From Escherichia phage vB_EcoS_ULIM2, in sequence record OQ850291: a DNA stretch of 51,534 bases; one strand, given 5' to 3'. This document shows, one piece after another, positions 28,768 through 35,904 of this stretch (its first letter is position 1; each line of letters begins with the position of its first letter). The notes under the pieces are model-generated. The model was not told the DNA's origin. It made no database searches and saw only the letters and a program-made list of their open reading frames with translations. The position numbers and the translations under genes are program-made.

Positions 28768-29184
28768 TTATAAGTATTTGGCCTCAAAGGTTGTGCCGTC
28801 AGCAATACTAAAACCCACCTCTTCGCGGAATAAGGTCCAGCGGCAACCATCCTCATCAAAGATGTAACCAGCCACTCCACCGAGAGCGCGACCGCTTTCC
28901 ACCTGGTAGCGTTTGCCAACTTTGAATGATTTTTTCATTGGGTTGCGATGGTCAAGCCCGGTGCATTTTAGTGTCTTCGTTTTCAGTTCTACGAATGTTG
29001 CATTAAGCGGATTACCCAATGAGTCTTCACCATGTGCGGTCATTTTATCAAGCACATGCCAATGCTTAGGCGCGAACTGAACTGAGATATTACCCCCATC
29101 GTCTATGCGTCCTTTATAAAGTTTGTTTGCTTCAAAGAATAATTTCATGGTGGATGAGGTGCATTTGAGTTTGATACTTTTCAT
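28768..29184 (-). CDS. Hypothetical protein (138 aa)
   Basis: ATG at 29184 preceded by the conserved AACCAATCAGGAGA leader. Confidence 0.5.
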   Translation of the reverse strand: MKSIKLKCTSSTMKLFFEANKLYKGRIDDGGNISVQFAPKHWHVLDKMTAHGEDSLGNPLNATFVELKTKTLKCTGLDHRNPMKKSFKVGKRYQVESGRALGGVAGYIFDEDGCRWTLFREEVGFSIADGTTFEAKYL

Positions 29185-29263
29185 TGAATATCTCCTGATT
29201 GGTTATCTTGAACAAGGCCACTTTAACAAATGACCTTGCGGCAATATTAACAAATCGTGCTAT

Positions 29264-29476
29264 TTACCACGGGATATAATCGTCGTCTAAATCTTCGTTT
29301 TTTGGTTCTTCTGGTAATTCAAAGTCAGGATCAAACTCACTTTCTTCGTCCATATTCATATCACCCAAAGCCTCTTCAAGCGTTATTTCTTTATACGCTA
29401 CCTTGATACACCATTCAGCACTAAGACCAGCATCAAGAGCGCCAAAATAACGAGTCCAGAAATTATCCCGTTCCAT
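29264..29476 (-). CDS. Small highly acidic protein with SSB-tail-like C-terminus (70 aa)
   Basis: ATG at 29476 with GGAG 9 nt upstream, coupled to the upstream gene; C-terminal 35 residues are rich in D/E and end DDDYIPW. Confidence 0.5.
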   Translation of the reverse strand: MERDNFWTRYFGALDAGLSAEWCIKVAYKEITLEEALGDMNMDEESEFDPDFELPEEPKNEDLDDDYIPW

Positions 29477-29480
29477 TAAA

Positions 29481-29705
29481 TTAACTCCATGAATTAATGT
29501 AAATTGAGTTAGCCTCAAGAGTAGCGCGCACATCCGCATCTGTTGCATTTACTAAGCGCGAGCCTGGCGTGCTGCCAATAACGTTATTACCGTTACGAAC
29601 CTTAGTTACCGTCATTGAAACAAAACCGGAAGACTTATCCATTTTGATAACTACACGTCCTTTCGCGTTCAGGTGCTTGATGATATTCTCAGCTTTAATG
29701 CTCAT
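29481..29705 (-). CDS. Hypothetical basic protein (74 aa)
   Basis: ATG at 29705 with AAGGAA RBS downstream of a box-type promoter. Confidence 0.5.
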   Translation of the reverse strand: MSIKAENIIKHLNAKGRVVIKMDKSSGFVSMTVTKVRNGNNVIGSTPGSRLVNATDADVRATLEANSIYINSWS

Positions 29706-29738
29706 TTTTAATTCCTTTATTTCGTTTGGTGTAGGAGT

Positions 29739-29782
29739 AATATACCTTACTCCATATTTATTGTCTTTAGCAATTAGTGCTA
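29739..29782 (-). promoter_or_regulatory. Box-type promoter (leftward)
   Basis: Minus strand TAGCAC-N3-TTGCTA (29768-29782), then TATATT (29739-29744) within inverted repeat GGAGTA/TACTCC. Confidence 0.45.
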
Positions 29783-29922
29783 TCAGTACTCGGAAATTAC
29801 TTTACACTCTTTGATTGTTCCACCTAGAACTACTTTCTGCATCATTGCTTTTTGGTGGCTATCGTAAACGCGAACATTTTTTACGCTGTTAAATTTGCCA
29901 GTATAGAAAGTGTGAATATAAA

Positions 29923-30246
29923 TCATTTTTTACCGTCCCAGGTTTGATACGCCGTTACAAGGTTAATGCTATGGTCGAACTCGTCAATGCTAAGCGATCC
30001 GATTCGAACCAGTTCTTTGTCATGCTTGATATCAATCATCCGACTGTACGGATGGCCTGGCACGTATTTGAACAGTCGTTTGCTGTCGGCAATATCAGCG
30101 TTTATTCCGTAGAATCGGCCCACCGCCGCCTTAACGCGCTCCATGATGTTTTTTTCGTGGATTGCTGCCGCGTTATTCAGTGCGACTACCGTACTTCCGT
30201 TAATCTTCGGTGATTTCGTTGTGATTTTGTAAGTGTGGTTCATCAT
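29923..30246 (-). CDS. Hypothetical protein (107 aa)
   Basis: Tandem ATG ATG at 30246 preceded by AGGGGG RBS just after the upstream stop. Confidence 0.45.
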   Translation of the reverse strand: MMNHTYKITTKSPKINGSTVVALNNAAAIHEKNIMERVKAAVGRFYGINADIADSKRLFKYVPGHPYSRMIDIKHDKELVRIGSLSIDEFDHSINLVTAYQTWDGKK

Positions 30247-30259
30247 TCCCCCTAACCAG

Positions 30260-30460
30260 TCAGGATAGATTTCGCGCTTCATCAATGATAACAGGCTCAA
30301 GGCGTTCAAGTCGAACGCGGAACGAGTTCATAAATCCTTCGTTGTTCCTCAGTAGTTCGAATGCGTCTGTAGCTTCAATTGCGCTATTTCCCATGTAGGC
30401 AACTACGCTCTTTTGCGTCTTGCGTGAGATCGCCACAACGCGGTAAATATTATCACTCAT
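30260..30460 (-). CDS. Hypothetical protein (66 aa)
   Basis: ATG at 30460 overlaps the upstream gene's stop by 8 nt. Confidence 0.4.
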   Translation of the reverse strand: MSDNIYRVVAISRKTQKSVVAYMGNSAIEATDAFELLRNNEGFMNSFRVRLERLEPVIIDEARNLS

Positions 30461-30824
30461 ACAATGCCTCCTTGACTCGATCCGCAATGCGGGAGTTGAC
30501 GGTGATTGAGTAGTTAGCCACGCCCCATAATGCAATATTGCCAAGCTCGGTACGCATAGATGGATTGTTAAGTTGAATGATTGTCTCGCCAGTATCGTCA
30601 TCTACGAAACGAGACACGCCAAAACGGTCCACCACGCGCGTTACACGGTTCACGCACTCCATTGCATCACTTACGCCGTAATAAGCGCTCAGAGCGGCTC
30701 TCACGGCCTTCTCTTGCTTGTTGTAAATCTTGCGCGCGATGTTCTCGATCGCCACGCTTTCTTTCTCGTCAGTCTGGATTGCAGTGCTGGCTGAAAAGTC
30801 CAGATCTGTGAACTGATTAAACAT
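30453..30824 (-). CDS. Hypothetical protein (123 aa)
   Basis: ATG at 30824 preceded by leader CCATCAACAGCGAGCGAGGAAAG and a box-type promoter. Confidence 0.5.
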   Translation of the reverse strand: MFNQFTDLDFSASTAIQTDEKESVAIENIARKIYNKQEKAVRAALSAYYGVSDAMECVNRVTRVVDRFGVSRFVDDDTGETIIQLNNPSMRTELGNIALWGVANYSITVNSRIADRVKEALYE

Positions 30825-30855
30825 GATTCTTTCCTCGCTCGCTGTTGATGGGGTG

Positions 30856-30898
30856 ACTATACCAGCCATCCCGGATGCGCGTTTAGCAAAAAGTGCTA
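30856..30898 (-). promoter_or_regulatory. Box-type promoter (leftward)
   Basis: Minus strand TAGCAC-N3-TTGCTA (30884-30898), 22 bp, TATAGT (30856-30861). Confidence 0.5.
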
Positions 30899-31060
30899 TT
30901 CGATAACTTCCTTTGGAACGACCTTGATCTCATCAAAGAAGTTAGTCCTGTCATTCTCAGTGAGATTCTTGATCTCGTTAGCTTTGCTCTCGGTCGAGCA
31001 TATCTCGATCAGTTCGTCACCTTCATAGTAGATTGCTCCCACCACGCAATATACGATCAT
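30896..31060 (-). CDS. Hypothetical protein (54 aa)
   Basis: ATG at 31060 with AGGAG RBS; start uncertain because the predicted -10 of the box at 31085-31099 would overlap it. Confidence 0.35.
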   Translation of the reverse strand: MIVYCVVGAIYYEGDELIEICSTESKANEIKNLTENDRTNFFDEIKVVPKEVIE

Positions 31061-31102
31061 AAACTTTTCTCCTGGGTTAGTTATTAACAAAAAGTGCTAT
31101 AC

Positions 31103-31207
31103 TCAGCGACCAACTGCATCCATAATGATTAAGAACATGATCGCGACCAGGCATCCTGACAGAGAGAAAAGCACCGATCCCATTGCATAATTAAAAAACT
31201 TTGTCAT
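31103..31207 (-). CDS. Small hydrophobic membrane peptide (34 aa), not in the ORF track
   Basis: ATG at 31207 five nt after AGGTGG; translation MTKFFNYAMGSVLFSLSGCLVAIMFLIIMDAVGR; coupled to the upstream gene. Confidence 0.45.
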   Translation of the reverse strand: MTKFFNYAMGSVLFSLSGCLVAIMFLIIMDAVGR

Positions 31208-31209
31208 AA

Positions 31210-31440
31210 TTACCACCTGAAACTATCGATAGTGTCATTAATGTACTTCACCTGGGCCTCTACGTCGGACGTGGCAATGTACTGGAAAGTGTCGTAATCT
31301 TCCCAAAGGTCGACAATCTCAACCTTAGTATGATGCTCTTTCAAGCCTCCCATGTGACCATAATGCGTACGGTAGACGATGAATCCCTCATTACTTGCTC
31401 GCTGGATTGCTTTCTTTAAACCTGGGTGCTTTATTGCCAT
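31210..31440 (-). CDS. Hypothetical protein (76 aa)
   Basis: ATG at 31440 preceded by the AACCAATCAGGAGAA leader. Confidence 0.5.
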   Translation of the reverse strand: MAIKHPGLKKAIQRASNEGFIVYRTHYGHMGGLKEHHTKVEIVDLWEDYDTFQYIATSDVEAQVKYINDTIDSFRW

Positions 31441-31471
31441 CCTGTCATTCTCCTGATTGGTTGATGTGTTC

Positions 31472-31514
31472 ACTATACCCCGATTCCCTTCGGGGAGTTT
31501 AGCAATTCGTGCTA
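31472..31514 (-). promoter_or_regulatory. Box-type promoter (leftward)
   Basis: Minus strand TAGCAC-N3-TTGCTA (31500-31514), 22 bp, TATAGT (31472-31477) within inverted repeat CCCCGAAGGG/AATCGGGG. Confidence 0.5.
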
Positions 31515-31850
31515 TTAAGCAATGTCGAACTCAGCGGCATATGCTTCCTTGATGCCAGCTTCACGCATGGTGCGCTTGCTGATTTTGCGCGGGAATTTGT
31601 ACTGACTGTTAGGCATAACCCACCAGAAGCAGGCAGTTTCACGAACGATTTCATATTTACCGTAACGGGTGAATATATCGCGTTCTGAATCCGGCTGATT
31701 AACACAGGTCAGGAATTTAGCTGCCTTGTCTTCAGTTTTGATTTCTTCCCATACGAAAGAATCCATACCGTTAACATTGCAAGCTACCATGATGTACTCA
31801 ACGCCGTTTTCGATTTTGATGATTTCGTTACCGCGATTTTCGTATTTCAT
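31515..31850 (-). CDS. Hypothetical protein (111 aa)
   Basis: ATG at 31850 preceded by CAGGAGCAGGAAA RBS region and leader CATCGAAACGAG. Confidence 0.5.
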   Translation of the reverse strand: MKYENRGNEIIKIENGVEYIMVACNVNGMDSFVWEEIKTEDKAAKFLTCVNQPDSERDIFTRYGKYEIVRETACFWWVMPNSQYKFPRKISKRTMREAGIKEAYAAEFDIA

Positions 31851-31888
31851 TTTCCTGCTCCTGATGTTTATCTCGTTTCGATGAAGTA

Positions 31889-31931
31889 ATAATACCCCAT
31901 CGTGAGATCTGGCGTTTAGCAATTCGTGCTA
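31889..31931 (-). promoter_or_regulatory. Box-type promoter (leftward)
   Basis: Minus strand TAGCAC-N3-TTGCTA (31917-31931), 22 bp, TATTAT (31889-31894). Confidence 0.5.
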
Positions 31932-31932
31932 T

Positions 31933-32019
31933 TTAACCCATCCTTTCAATTACAAGGAGCATTACCCAAACCGCTAAGACTAACTGCATCATCATAGCTA
32001 ACAAAAAGAACTTATTCAT
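31933..32019 (-). CDS. Small hydrophobic membrane peptide (28 aa), not in the ORF track
   Basis: ATG overlaps the TGA of the upstream gene (ATGA); GAGGAA RBS 7 nt upstream; translation MNKFFLLAMMMQLVLAVWVMLLVIERMG. Confidence 0.4.
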   Translation of the reverse strand: MNKFFLLAMMMQLVLAVWVMLLVIERMG

Positions 32020-32831
32020 ACTGATTCCTCACTGGCGAATACCTCGCAAGATTCACTGCATGAGCCTGTGTCGAATGATTTTGCCCCACGAACCCTTGCG
32101 GCTACCTCATCCCTCGACTGTGGAAACATCTGTATAATGTCACCGAGTGAGCGCCTTCCTCTGTACATGTCAGATGAAGACTCTTTCTTGTTGTGCTCAC
32201 TGATTGTGTTAATGAATAGCCTTGCAAGCTCCGGCTCATCCTTACAAGCAAGAGCTAGCTTGAGTTCTGACTTCTTGATGCAGAAAACGCAGTTACCAAG
32301 GTGTTCATCAATCCCAAGATCGAAAGGCATGTCACGCCAGAAGTTGATAACGTCCTGCTTATCAAAGTCAGATATGTCTGCAAGGTAACTGAACCCATCA
32401 GCTGCCTTTAATCTCTTTGGCTCATCCGCACGAATGCCAATCCATCGCTGATAATTACCCTTGCCATACTTCTTCTCGCAATACTTTTCAAATGGCTTAG
32501 TCTTCATCCTGTTTGTACAGAATGCACCTCCCTGGTATGGATTTCCGTACTTCCTTAGCATTCTTATCCACCCAACAAGATCGTGATGAATATCGTCCAC
32601 GCTTACAACTTCGAATGATGGGGTTCCGCGGAACTTATCGCTTGGCAAGCATCTTAAGCAAGTTATACCCCTGGGAATCATTGACGATACATTTCGAATA
32701 AACTCATAAGTCATTGGATGTTCTGCGCCAGTGTCCATGTAAATAACCTCAGCGTCAGGATAAATCTTGAGAACCTCAAGTGTCATGTATGCCGAAGTCC
32801 TGCCACCACTAAAACTAATTACCTGATTCAT
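32016..32831 (-). CDS. PP-loop ATPase of the PAPS-reductase-like family (271 aa)
   Basis: N-terminal ISFSGGRTSAYM PP-loop (SGGxxS) motif; ATG at 32831 with AGGGG RBS; the track ORF (to 32900) runs through its promoter. Confidence 0.55.
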   Translation of the reverse strand: MNQVISFSGGRTSAYMTLEVLKIYPDAEVIYMDTGAEHPMTYEFIRNVSSMIPRGITCLRCLPSDKFRGTPSFEVVSVDDIHHDLVGWIRMLRKYGNPYQGGAFCTNRMKTKPFEKYCEKKYGKGNYQRWIGIRADEPKRLKAADGFSYLADISDFDKQDVINFWRDMPFDLGIDEHLGNCVFCIKKSELKLALACKDEPELARLFINTISEHNKKESSSDMYRGRRSLGDIIQMFPQSRDEVAARVRGAKSFDTGSCSESCEVFASEESV

Positions 32832-32865
32832 TTCGACCCCTATCTGTGAGCTAAATAACAACTGC

Positions 32866-32909
32866 ATAATAGCCAATCCTCCGCTACTGGTCGTTAGCAA
32901 AAAATGCTA
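32866..32909 (-). promoter_or_regulatory. Box-type promoter (leftward) for the PP-loop gene
   Basis: Minus strand TAGCAT-N4-TTGCTA (32895-32909), 23 bp, TATTAT (32866-32871). Confidence 0.45.
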
Positions 32910-33099
32910 TTCCAATAATTGCTCATTATTCCATCAATTGTGGAATATGTGGAATAATTCTGATTGTTATTGATTGCGAATGACGAAACGTGATTATTGC
33001 ATGATGTGCAACAGTTGGTTGATTTGTTGATGAGAACGCAATGATTGTTAGAGGGAGGATCTGGTGTTGCCCGGCTCGCCTGGTAGTCATCTCCATTTT

Positions 33100-33114
33100 T
33101 AGCAAAAAGTGCTA
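33100..33114 (-). promoter_or_regulatory. Second palindromic box upstream of the PP-loop gene, no obvious -10
   Basis: TAGCAC-N3-TTGCTA on the minus strand; the position 22 bp downstream is not -10-like. Confidence 0.35.
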
Positions 33115-33391
33115 TCGATTACGATTATGCTTGATTGTGTGTTAATCCATGTATATGATTTGCATAAATCGCAATCGTAGACAAAATTACACCAAATTAC
33201 GCCCTATAATATACATATAGATATATGTATATATATAATATATAAGTGTTTTTTTATTTATATATATAGATACTATTATTTGTAATATGGCTGTATAGCG
33301 TGTCTACTATGTTAATCGTTGGATGCTCTGGTTATGATATTCATGTTTATATATACAGTAGTTTTATCGGCTCATATTTATATGGGAAAAG

Positions 33392-33418
33392 CGATTAACA
33401 CGATTAACACGATTAACC
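33392..33418. repeat. Three tandem copies of a 9-bp unit (CGATTAACA)
   Basis: CGATTAACA CGATTAACA CGATTAACC read directly, inside the AT-rich divergent region. Confidence 0.6.
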
Positions 33419-33442
33419 ACACTTAAAATCGGCTCGCGAGCA

Positions 33443-33494
33443 TTGACACAAGCGGGTCGCCGTGTAACACTACGATTAGAGACACAGTGTTACA
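33443..33494 (+). promoter_or_regulatory. Candidate rightward promoter with operator-like inverted repeat
   Basis: TTGACA at 33443-33448; perfect inverted repeat TGTAACACT (33463-33471) / AGTGTTACA (33486-33494); the -10 is weak (TAACAC), so the promoter call is tentative. Confidence 0.35.
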
Positions 33495-33532
33495 TGTTAA
33501 TCATGGTGTATATTGAAAATGAGGAGAAAGAT

Positions 33533-34108
33533 ATGAGTTCTTACCAATCAGACGCAGTGCAGGCAGCAATTCAGGCGGCTTACGAGAAATCTGGCGTGAC
33601 CGTTGAGAAGCGCCAGGAGGCAAAAGTGACCGATGTTATCCGTGCCGCTTGCGATCAGCTTTATGGTGATGGCGAGAATACCGAGTTCACATTCGATGCT
33701 ATTCAGATGGCTGAGGCAGCAGTAAGAAAGTCAGTCCCTGACGCTGATGATGATACCGTTAGCGGATATGCCGAATCCTGGTTGCTCGGGAAGACGGAAG
33801 AGATTAACGAGAAGTTTAAATCATCATTCATCACCCCGATCGTATCGCGCCACTTCTCCAAGATCGGCAAGTCGGTCAAGGTGAGCGTAACCATGAACGA
33901 TGAGAAGTTGCGAGTCGTTACTATCTCAGTGAGTGACGAAGAAGTTCCGGTGAAGAAGCGCCGCAGTCGGAAAAAAGTTAGCCTGGCTGATTGCCTGGAT
34001 TCGTTTGTGGTTGATGTGGGTAAACTGGCTGATAGCGAATTGATGACTCGTGACGTAAACGAGATCGTTCGCCAGATGAAGGCGCATATCGAAAAATGTG
34101 GATTATAA
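33533..34108 (+). CDS. Hypothetical protein, first gene of the rightward accessory block (191 aa)
   Basis: ATG at 33533 with GAGGAG RBS; the track ORF (from 33443) overlaps the promoter region. Confidence 0.5.
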   Translation: MSSYQSDAVQAAIQAAYEKSGVTVEKRQEAKVTDVIRAACDQLYGDGENTEFTFDAIQMAEAAVRKSVPDADDDTVSGYAESWLLGKTEEINEKFKSSFITPIVSRHFSKIGKSVKVSVTMNDEKLRVVTISVSDEEVPVKKRRSRKKVSLADCLDSFVVDVGKLADSELMTRDVNEIVRQMKAHIEKCGL

Positions 34109-34120
34109 GGAGAGGTGACT

Positions 34121-34450
34121 ATGTTTACTAATATGTTTGATCCGAAGGTGATGGAAAGACGAAAACTGGAAAGTGAGAAGCAGGAAGAGAACATCAAGAA
34201 GATAGCTGATGCCGTGACTGGTAAAAAATTAATCAAAGTAAACCTTAATACCATTGGCTCAGCGTACGACGTAAGAGGTCTTGGCAAGAAAGAGGCGTCA
34301 GTGAAGGTTCTTAGGCTTATTCACGAAATTAAGAATCAGTACAAGATAACCCTAAAGATGAAAAGCCTTGAGGTTCCGCACTGTGAGCTTGTGAACATCA
34401 CGGAGCCGGAAGGGTGGGAAATAACCGACGTCGAGTTTATCGTAGAATAG
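34121..34450 (+). CDS. Hypothetical protein (110 aa)
   Basis: ATG at 34121 with AAGGAGAGG RBS. Confidence 0.5.
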   Translation: MFTNMFDPKVMERRKLESEKQEENIKKIADAVTGKKLIKVNLNTIGSAYDVRGLGKKEASVKVLRLIHEIKNQYKITLKMKSLEVPHCELVNITEPEGWEITDVEFIVE

Positions 34451-34490
34451 CACTTTTTGTTAAAACCGGATCGGGATAACCTGGTATAGT
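34448..34490 (+). promoter_or_regulatory. Box-type promoter
   Basis: TAGCAC (34448-34453), TTGTTA (34457-34462), 22 bp, TATAGT (34485-34490); perfect 8-bp inverted repeat GGGATAAC/GTTATCCC (34473-34496) around the -10. Confidence 0.55.
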
Positions 34491-34521
34491 TATCCCATCA
34501 ACAACGAATGAGGAAGCGAAG

Positions 34522-34716
34522 ATGGAAACGCAAATTGACGTAGTGGTTGTTCAGCGCGATTCAACTCACGAAAAGGGTCTGTTCAAGAAAGGAACCGAAA
34601 TCACGATCGACCTTGAGGACATGGTTGCGTATCACTCGGGTCTGACCTGGAATGTGGTGCGAGTTGGCAGCGACTACAAACTCAAAGGCTTTAACACTTA
34701 CTTTGCTGAGGCTTAA
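34522..34716 (+). CDS. Hypothetical protein (64 aa)
   Basis: ATG after leader CATCAACAACGAATGAGGAAGCGAAG. Confidence 0.5.
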   Translation: METQIDVVVVQRDSTHEKGLFKKGTEITIDLEDMVAYHSGLTWNVVRVGSDYKLKGFNTYFAEA

Positions 34717-34718
34717 TC

Positions 34719-35189
34719 ATGACGACCATTACCGTATTTCTGGCTAAAGATAATGTTGATGGCGCTATGTCATTCTTCGCGTTCGAGCATGAAGCCGGAT
34801 CGCACTGGCATATGTACACTCATTACACGGTCATCTCAATTGAGGCTTACGACGGCGATTTGCTCACTGACAAGCTGAGTAATTTTATTGATGTGGTTAA
34901 GGATAACGACGGCTGCGAATGGAAAGAAGATAACGAAGTTATGCGAATGTTTGATATGGTCAATCCGGTTCGCCTTGTATCTTTTGAGCTTGGTTCTGAT
35001 GTGACCGTTGAGGTGAGAAAGGCTGGTGAGTTATTGCCAGGAATGCGTGTGCTGACTGGTTACTCAGGTCGTAAGGTATGGCGCACTGTATCTAAGGTTC
35101 GCCAGCGTTCGGCAACTTGCTATAGCATACACTTTGAGGATGGTTGGAACGAGGTCGCCGGAAGCGGCGTGAAGTATCTCACCAAATAG
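34719..35189 (+). CDS. Hypothetical protein (156 aa)
   Basis: ATG 3 nt after the upstream stop. Confidence 0.5.
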   Translation: MTTITVFLAKDNVDGAMSFFAFEHEAGSHWHMYTHYTVISIEAYDGDLLTDKLSNFIDVVKDNDGCEWKEDNEVMRMFDMVNPVRLVSFELGSDVTVEVRKAGELLPGMRVLTGYSGRKVWRTVSKVRQRSATCYSIHFEDGWNEVAGSGVKYLTK

Positions 35190-35229
35190 CACGAATTGTT
35201 AAAACCGGATCGTGGCATCTTGATATAGT
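35187..35229 (+). promoter_or_regulatory. Box-type promoter with an unusually long leader
   Basis: TAGCAC (35187-35192), TTGTTA (35196-35201), 22 bp, TATAGT (35224-35229); about 170 nt of repeat-containing leader before the ATG at 35408. Confidence 0.5.
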
Positions 35230-35263
35230 TACTCCATCGAAACGCTTCGGGGCAAACCCAAAA

Positions 35264-35362
35264 GAAGGAAGCGGCAAACGTAGACCGGAGCCGTGCAAAC
35301 CTCGAAGCAAATTGACTTGGGAAAACCCATTAGGAAGGAAGGGGCAAACGTAGACCGGAGCC
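35264..35362 (+). repeat. Two direct repeats of about 29 bp in the leader
   Basis: GAAGGAAGCGGCAAACGTAGACCGGAGCC (35264-35292) and GAAGGAAGGGGCAAACGTAGACCGGAGCC (35334-35362); further GCAAAC copies at 35252 and 35295. Confidence 0.6.
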
Positions 35363-35407
35363 TCGTAACCCCAAGTTAAAAATGATGTACCAATCAGAGG
35401 AATCACC

Positions 35408-35671
35408 ATGTCAATCGTCAAGAACCGTAACGCAATAGAAGCAACACGCCACAACAAGCAACACGCGATATTCATTGCTCGCTACTGCTCAAACATCAAT
35501 GGTGGCGTGCAGTATCGCCGCTATGCAGTGATTGAGATTTCACCATACATTTACAAGGAGTATCTCGAAGAAAACGGTAAGTGGGTTGAGATCGAAGGTG
35601 TAACGAGCTTCTTGATCTGGAACGGTGAATTTCAGGGTTATGACGATATCAGCACTTTAATTGAGGAGTAA
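35408..35671 (+). CDS. Hypothetical protein (87 aa)
   Basis: ATG preceded by the ACCAATCAGAGGAATCA leader. Confidence 0.5.
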   Translation: MSIVKNRNAIEATRHNKQHAIFIARYCSNINGGVQYRRYAVIEISPYIYKEYLEENGKWVEIEGVTSFLIWNGEFQGYDDISTLIEE

Positions 35672-35676
35672 TAATC

Positions 35677-35904
35677 ATGCCACGTTACAGCAACCTAACT
35701 CAACTAACCCGCGTCAACGGGCACATGATTCCGGCAAAATCCACTCACTACGCAATTGGCGCAAAACACGGATTATATTTCAAGTGGCGCGGTCAATGGA
35801 ACTTCACAGCGGTGAGTAATTTCTACATGCGCGTTCCTGGCGATGACCCGCAATCGGTAGTAGAAAACTCAATCGGTGACAACAAGATCGAGGTGATGAA
35901 ATGA
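35677..35904 (+). CDS. Hypothetical protein (75 aa)
   Basis: ATG with GAGGAG RBS. Confidence 0.5.
   Translation: MPRYSNLTQLTRVNGHMIPAKSTHYAIGAKHGLYFKWRGQWNFTAVSNFYMRVPGDDPQSVVENSIGDNKIEVMK

Noticed and set aside
33091-33096. 58-aa minus-strand ORF starting immediately after the box at 33100-33114
   Set aside because: The ATG directly abuts the box with no ribosome-binding site and the ORF crosses a repeat-rich AT-rich region.
35144-35353. 69-aa ORF overlapping the end of gene 34719..35189 and the following promoter
   Set aside because: Arg/Lys-rich low-complexity translation, no RBS, and it spans a promoter and repeat-containing leader; more likely noncoding.
35264-35362. Two 29-bp direct repeats separated by about 40 bp, superficially like a mini CRISPR array
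   Set aside because: Only two copies, the repeat is not palindromic, there is no leader or cas gene, and it lies inside a transcribed leader; treated as a regulatory repeat instead.
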